A DNA stretch of 64,000 nucleotides from Eledone cirrhosa (lineage: Eukaryota): NCBI GenBank assembly GCA_964016885.1, contig OZ024741.1, forward strand, positions 278,008,001-278,072,000, given 5' to 3'. The number at the start of each line of letters is the position of its first letter. The stretch's first letter is position 1. Made by a program: the position numbers and the translations under genes. The notes beneath the pieces are model-generated. The model saw nothing but the letters and a program-made list of their open reading frames with translations, was not told where the DNA came from and did no database searches. This document shows, piece by piece, positions 56,897 to 64,000 of this stretch.

Positions 56897-57142
56897 CCTG
56901 TGTCAGTGTTGAACAAAAAGGTGACGTGGTTGCCTTAACACCGTATGGCATAAATTCAGGCTGTTCAGTTTGTTTACAAACGAACAAAGCGACGTTATAA
57001 TAAGCGCCGCTAAACTGATACGTGCATATATGTATGTGTACCTGTATGCATATGTATATATATATGTATATATATATATATATATGTGCATGCTACTGTA
57101 CGTCTGTATACATATATGTATGTACGTATACATGCATACTTA

Positions 57143-57982
<840 letters not shown>

Positions 57983-58224
57983 GTCCTACCCTTGCAAGCA
58001 GGGAAAAGTGGACGTAAAATGAAATCATGATGATAAATAATTATGTTACATAAATCGTTTATTCATTATAATTATTTCAACAGTTCTCCCATACAATTAA
58101 GATGTAATTCATGCATTTGTTGTTGTTATGAGAACGGTATCCTCAGATGAAATTCGATTTTGTGATACACCGCTGGCAGGAAAAAACACACATCCTTTTG
58201 CTCGTGTGACGGTTATTTTGCTAC

Positions 58225-58445
58225 CACAATAAAAAGTATCAGTCCACCCTATGATGTGGTTGGCATTAGAAAGGACATCCAGTTATAGAAAACCCAGCCA
58301 ATATTAGATTATGTGGGCATGACATGGCCACCTGACCTACCTGACTTCCTAACATGACAGCCTGTTTAACCCATGCAAGCATGGAAAATAGATTTTAAAT
58401 GGTAATGGTGGTGGTGATGATAGTGATGGCGACAGTGACGATGAA
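58225..58445 (+). mobile_element. Old RTE-tailed SINE or RTE 3' UTR
   Basis: tgtggttggcattagaaaggacatccagtt...aacccatgcaagcatggaaa...(tga)n. Similar copies lie at 23330-23555 and 24905-25070. Confidence 0.65.
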
Positions 58446-58483
58446 GAATCAAACAAGCACATAATTAAAAAGCTGTGACTTAC

Positions 58484-58505
58484 CGGAAGTGGCTAATGCC
58501 GTCAT
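58484..58505 (-). CDS. C20orf27: C20orf27/ADISSP homolog, candidate first coding exon (MTALATS + G)
   Basis: ATG ACG GCA TTA GCC ACT TCC G|GTAAGT has a consensus donor and phase 1, matching the 26196 acceptor (giving MTALATSDTGHVHF). A candidate acceptor ttctacaacAG lies 9 nt upstream of the ATG. There is no homology support because the exon is too short. Confidence 0.55.
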
Positions 58506-59564
58506 ATTAAAAGACTGTTGTAGAAATTATAGAATTATAAAAATAGTTAAAACCCTGCAAAACAAGAAATAGAGAAAATAATGTAAAACAAATTATAAAA
58601 AAAACAACTTAAAACAGATGAATATGTTTATTATTAATAGTTACCCACCCTGTATTTATATGTTGAACCTTTTAATAAGACATAAGAAAATAGAGAACAA
58701 ATAACGGATGTGGTAAACTGCATGCCCTGGTTTAGACAACATACCCAAGGGGTAGCCGAGCCCCCCCCCCCCCCCTCCAACTTCACAGGCAGCACATCTC
58801 CCCCACACTCCACAGACCTCAGCTAATGCCCCTCTACAAGCAACATACCCCAGCTGTACCCTCTTGGGGTCCCAGCATATGCAACCTTTGTGTCCATCCC
58901 ATGCCTCCCATGACATGTTGCAGGCCCATCACCAGGTCTTTACTCGTCTCATCATAACTGAGTCACTGGGGTTATCACAGTTTTCCTGAGAGCTAACAGT
59001 GTCACCCATTGCCAAATCTTCCCTAGTGGCTTATCAATGTTTTGTCCAGCAGGAGCCCACTTATATTGTAACAAACAAACCATCATATCTGGTGGCTGTA
59101 TCGCTGCTATCTGCCACCTGTGACCCGTTCTCTAGCAGAACAGCTCTGCTGACAACCTATCTTGGACTCCAAAACACATGTACACTCAATCAATTACACA
59201 CAACATGGAATGCTGGTTTTCCCTGCTGGGATTAAATTAGGGTTAAAATAATTCAGAAATAATTATCTTCTTATCCTCACAAATATTTCACATAAGGTAT
59301 GGGTATGGTATTGTAATGTCCCATAACTCCTGAGGGAGTGGTAGGGGCACCGTAGTGACATACAGCGTTTCTTGGGCATTTTAAAACCTTGCAGAGCCCA
59401 TTCCTCTCCAGGTCTGAAGACAACAGATTTCTTCCAGGGAAGGATAGAGAATGAGAGAATGGAAGTGAGAAAGAGATATAGAGGAAGAATTGACATAATA
59501 AACAGGAAAGAAAAACATTAAATAATAATAAAAATAAGGGGAAAGGAGAAGGGAGAGAGCAGCA

Positions 59565-62500
59565 AACTGTACACCCCTGCCAAGGTGGTATATCTCTACT
59601 GTGGGGGAGGGAGTGACAGACTACACCCCAGTCTAGGTGGTATATCTCAACTGTGGGGGAGGGAGTGACAGACTCTACACCCCAGTCTAGGTGGTATATC
59701 TCAGCTGTGGGAGGGAGTGACAGACTCTACACCCCAGTCTAGGTGGTATATCTCAGCTGTGGGGGAGGGAGTGACAGACTACACCCAGTCTAGGTGGTAT
59801 ATCTCAGCTGTGGGGGAGGGAGTGACAGACTACACCCCAGTCTAGGTGGTATATCTCAACTGTGGGGGGGGGGGAGTGACAGACTACACCCCAGTCTAGG
59901 TGGTATATCTCAGCTGTGGGGGAGGGAGTGACAGACTACACCCCAGTCTAGGTGGTATATCTCAGCTGTGGGAGGGAGTGACAGACTACACCCCAGTCTA
60001 GGTGGTATATCTCAGCAGTGGGGGGAGTGACAAACTCTACACCCCAGTCTAGGTGGTATATCTCAGCTGTGGGGGAGGGAGTGGCTGACTACACCCCAGT
60101 CTAGGTGGTATATATCAGCCGTGGGGGAGGGAGTGACAGACTCTACACCCCAGTCTAGGTGGTATATCTCAGCTGTGGGGGAGGGAGTGACAGACTACAC
60201 CCCAGTCTAGGTGGTATATCTCAGCAGTGGGGGGAGTGACAAACTCTACACCCCAGTCTAGGTGGTATATCTCAGCTGTGGGGGAGGGAGTGACAGACTA
60301 CACCCCAGTCTAGGTGGTATATCTCAGCTGTGGGAGGGAGTGACAGACTCTACACCCCAGTCTAGGTGGTATATCTCAGCTGTGGGAGGGAGTGACAGAC
60401 TCTACACCCCAGTCTAGGTGGTATATCTCAACTGTGGGGGAGGGAGTGACAGACTCTACACCCCAGTCTAGGTGGTATATCTCAGCTGTGAGGGAGGGAG
60501 TGACAGACTACACCCCAGTCTAGGTGGTATATCTCAGCTGTGGGAAGGAGTGACAGACTACACCCCAGTCTAGGTGGTATATCTCAGCTGTGGGAAGGAG
60601 TGACAGACTACACCCCAGTCTAGGTGGTATATCTCAGCTGTGGGAAGGAGTGACAGACTACACCCCAGTCTAGGTGGTATATCTCAACTGTGGGGGAGGG
60701 AGTGACAGACTCTACACCCCAGTCTAGGTGGTATATCTCAGCTGTGGGAAGGAGTGACAGACTACACCCCAGTCTAGGTGGTATATCTCAGCTGTGGGAA
60801 GGAGTGACAGACTACACCCCAGTCTAGGTGGTATATCTCAACTGTGGGGGAGGGAGTGACAGACTCTACACCCCAGTCTAGGTGGTATATCTCAGCTGTG
60901 GGAAGGAGTGACAGACTACACCCCAGTCTAGGTGGTATATCTCAGCTGTGGCAAGGAGTGACAGACTACACCCCAGTCTAGGTGGTATATCTCAACTGTG
61001 GGGGAGGGAGTGACAGACTCTACACCCCAGTCTAGGTGGTATATCTCAGCTGTGGGAAGGAGTGACAGACTACACCCCAGTCTAGGTGGTATATCTCAGC
61101 TGTGGGAAGGAGTGACAGACTACACCCCAGTCTAGGTGGTATATCTCAGCTGTGGGGGAGGGAGTGACAGACTACACCCAGTCTAGGTGGTATATCTCAG
61201 CTGTGGGGGAGGGAGTGACAGACTACACCCCAGTCTAGGTGGTATATCTCAACTGTGGGGGGGGGGAGTGACAGACTACACCCCAGTCTAGGTGGTATAT
61301 CTCAACTGTGGGGGGGGGGAGTGACAGACTCTACACCCCAGTCTAGGTGGTATATCTCAGCTGTGGGAGGGAGTGGCTGACTACACCCTAGTCTAGGTGG
61401 TATATCTCAGCTGTGGGGGAGGGAGTGGCTGACTACACCCCAGTCTAGGTGGTATATCTCAGCTGTGGGGGAGGGAGTGACAGACTACACCCCAGTCTAG
61501 GTGGTATATCTCAGCTGTGGGGGAGGGAGTGGCTGACTACACCCCAGTCTAGGTGGTATATCTCAGCTGTGGGGGAGGGAGTGGCTGACTACACCCCAGT
61601 CTAGGTGGTATATCTCAACTGTGGGGGAGGGAGTGACTGACTCTACACCCCAGTCTAGGTGGTATATCTCAGCTGTGGGAGGGAGTGGCTGACTACACCC
61701 CAGTCTAGGTGGTATATCTCAGCTGTGGGGGAGGGAGTGACAGACTACACCCCAGTCTAGGTGGTATATCTCAGCAGTGGGGGGAGTGACAAACTCTACA
61801 CCCCAGTCTAGGTGGTATATCTCAGCTGTGGGAGGGAGTGACAGACTACACCCCAGTCTAGGTGGTATATCTCAGCAGTGGGGGGAGTGACAAACTCTAC
61901 ACCCCAGTCTAGGTGGTATATCTCAGCTGTGGGGGAGGGAGTGGCTGACTACACCCCAGTCTAGGTGGTATATCTCAGCTGTGGGGGAGGGAGTGACAGA
62001 CTACACCCCAGTCTAGGTGGTATATCTCAGCTGTGGGGGAGGGAGTGACAGACTCTACACCCCAGTCTAGGTGGTATATCTCAGCTGTGGGGGAGGGAGT
62101 GACAGACTCTACACCCCAGTCTAGGTGGTATATCTCAGCTGTGGGGGAGGGAGTGACAGACTCTACACCCCAGTCTAGGTGGTATATCTCAGCTGTGGGG
62201 GAGGGAGTGACAGACTACACCCCAGTCTAGGTGGTATATCTCAGCTGTGGGGGAGGGAGTGACAGACTCTACACCCCAGTCTAGGTGGTATATCTCAGCT
62301 GTGGGGGAGGGAGTGACAAACTCTACACCCCAGTCTAGGTGGTATATCTCAGCTGTGGGGGAGGGAGTGACAGACTCTACACCCCAGTCTAGGTGGTATA
62401 TCTCAGCTGTGGGGGAGGGAGTGACAGACTCTACACTCCAGTCTAGGTGGTATATCTCAGCTGTGAGGGAGGGAGTGACAGACTACACCCCAGTCTAGGT

Positions 62501-63372
62501 GGTATATCTCAGCTGTGGGGGAGGGAGTGACAGACTCTACACCCCAGTCTAGGTGGTATATCTCAGCTGTGGGGAGAGAGTGACAAACTCTACACCCCAG
62601 TCTAGGTGGTATATCTCAACTGTGGGGGAGGGAGTGACAGACTCTACACCCCAGTCTAGGTGGTATATCTCGGCTGTGAGGGAGGGAGTGACAGACTACA
62701 CCCCAGTCTAGGTGGTATATCTCAGCAGTGGGGGAGGGAGTGACAAACTCTACACCCCAGTCTAGGTGGTATATCTCAGCTGTGGGGGAGGGAGTGACTG
62801 ACTACACCCCAGTCTAGGTGGTATATCTCAGCTGTGGGGGAGGGAGTGACAGACTCTACACCCCAGTCTAGGTGGTATATCTCAGCTGTGGGGGAGGGAG
62901 TGACAGACTCTACACCCCAGTCTAGGTGGTATATCTCAGTTGTGGGGGAGGGAGTGACGGACTACACCCCAGTCTAGGTGGTATATCTCAGCTGTGGGGG
63001 AGGGAGTGACTGACTACGCCCCAGTCTAGGTGGTATATCTCAGCTGTGGGGGAGGGAGTGACTGACTACACCCCAGTCTAGGTGGTATATCTCAGCTGTG
63101 GGGGAGGGAGTGACAGACTCTACACCCCAGTCTAGGTGGTATATCTCAGCTGTGGGGGAGGGAGTGACAGACTCTACACCCCAGTCTAGGTGGTATATCT
63201 CAGTTGTGGGGGAGGGAGTGACAAACTCTACACCCCAGTCTAGGTGGTATATCTCAGCTGTGGGGGAGGGAGTGACTGACTGACTACACCGCAGTCTAGG
63301 TGGTATATCTCAGCTGTGGGGGAGGGAGTGACAGACTCTACACCCCAGTCTAGGTGGTATATCTCAGTTGTG
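59565..63372 (+). repeat. 52-54-bp G-rich minisatellite, ~70 copies
   Basis: Unit ctgtgggggagggagtgacagact(ct)acaccccagtctaggtggtatatctcag, with small variants. Confidence 0.97.
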
Positions 63373-64000
63373 CCTCATGAATAAGATGATGAAAGTATTG
63401 CCACAGAGAACAGTCAGTAACACCACATATTAGCTAAAATGTATAAAATTGCGATCCTTTAAAAGTTATGTAATGCACCTGTCTGAGATCTGTGTCCTAG
63501 GTTGCTGTTTCGTTGGCCATAAAGGCTGTACCAGCCCTGGTGCAATCAGTTTATTTGGCTAAAAGCTGGTAAAACTAAAGCGAACAAAATCATATGAAAT
63601 ACACTATACACCTCTTATCATATTACGATAACTTTGTTGATGGAACCAACATCTGTCATGTTAGTATTACACACATCATTATAGACATATTGATGATGAT
63701 GATAATGGTGATGAACACAACATGTCATTATGTTGGTAAATCAGTCTAGGGTAAATAAATATATTTATATAGTTGCTATATTTCTTAAAATAAAGTGTAA
63801 CTGTCCAGAACACAAGTTCACACACATATGCATATACACACACACACACACACACACACATACATATATATATATAAAATCATTCATACATCTACATGCA
63901 CAGATGTATTTACATCTACACACATACATGCACACAGATGTATAATCACTCACACATATATATGTATCTACACCTACACACATACACATGTATCTGCACA

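Noticed and set aside
49306-57133. Repeated 60-76 aa ORFs in the 474-bp units
   Set aside because: They are short, overlap in several frames, are partly microsatellite, and show no domain. They recur only because the unit repeats.
59565-63372. CRISPR-like appearance and GEGVTDSTPQSRWYISAV ORFs
   Set aside because: There are no unique spacers and no cas genes, the context is eukaryotic, and 52/54-bp unit variants break the frame.

Overview
AT-rich, repeat-dense animal genomic DNA, probably a coleoid cephalopod such as Octopus (inferred from the SINE/RTE repertoire and the (TA)n load). Two host genes can be read. One is the last two exons of a single-pass membrane protein (+; 2274-2339 and 3513-4102). 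The other is a four-coding-exon C20orf27/ADISSP homolog (-; 58484-58505, 25966-26196, 23070-23192, 21620-21723; about 159 aa). The intron after its first coding exon (about 32 kb, 26197-58483) is a nest built on (TA)n/(TA)nTG arrays. It holds seven pieces of one young RTE LINE family (one with an intact ~1031-aa ORF containing an embedded PHD finger), an IR/DR Tc1 transposon, and several hammerhead-ribozyme-bearing Penelope-like ends, most in fold-back arrangement. The most notable structure is a ~7.8 kb array of 474-bp units. Each unit carries a minimal hammerhead ribozyme and an octamer motif, and the array ends in an inverted copy, so it resembles a retrozyme or satellite-2. The window also contains a Gypsy pol remnant, a decayed CR1 LINE, MITEs, SINEs and a 3.8-kb 52-54-bp minisatellite. 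Coordinates were read by eye, and repeat boundaries are approximate.
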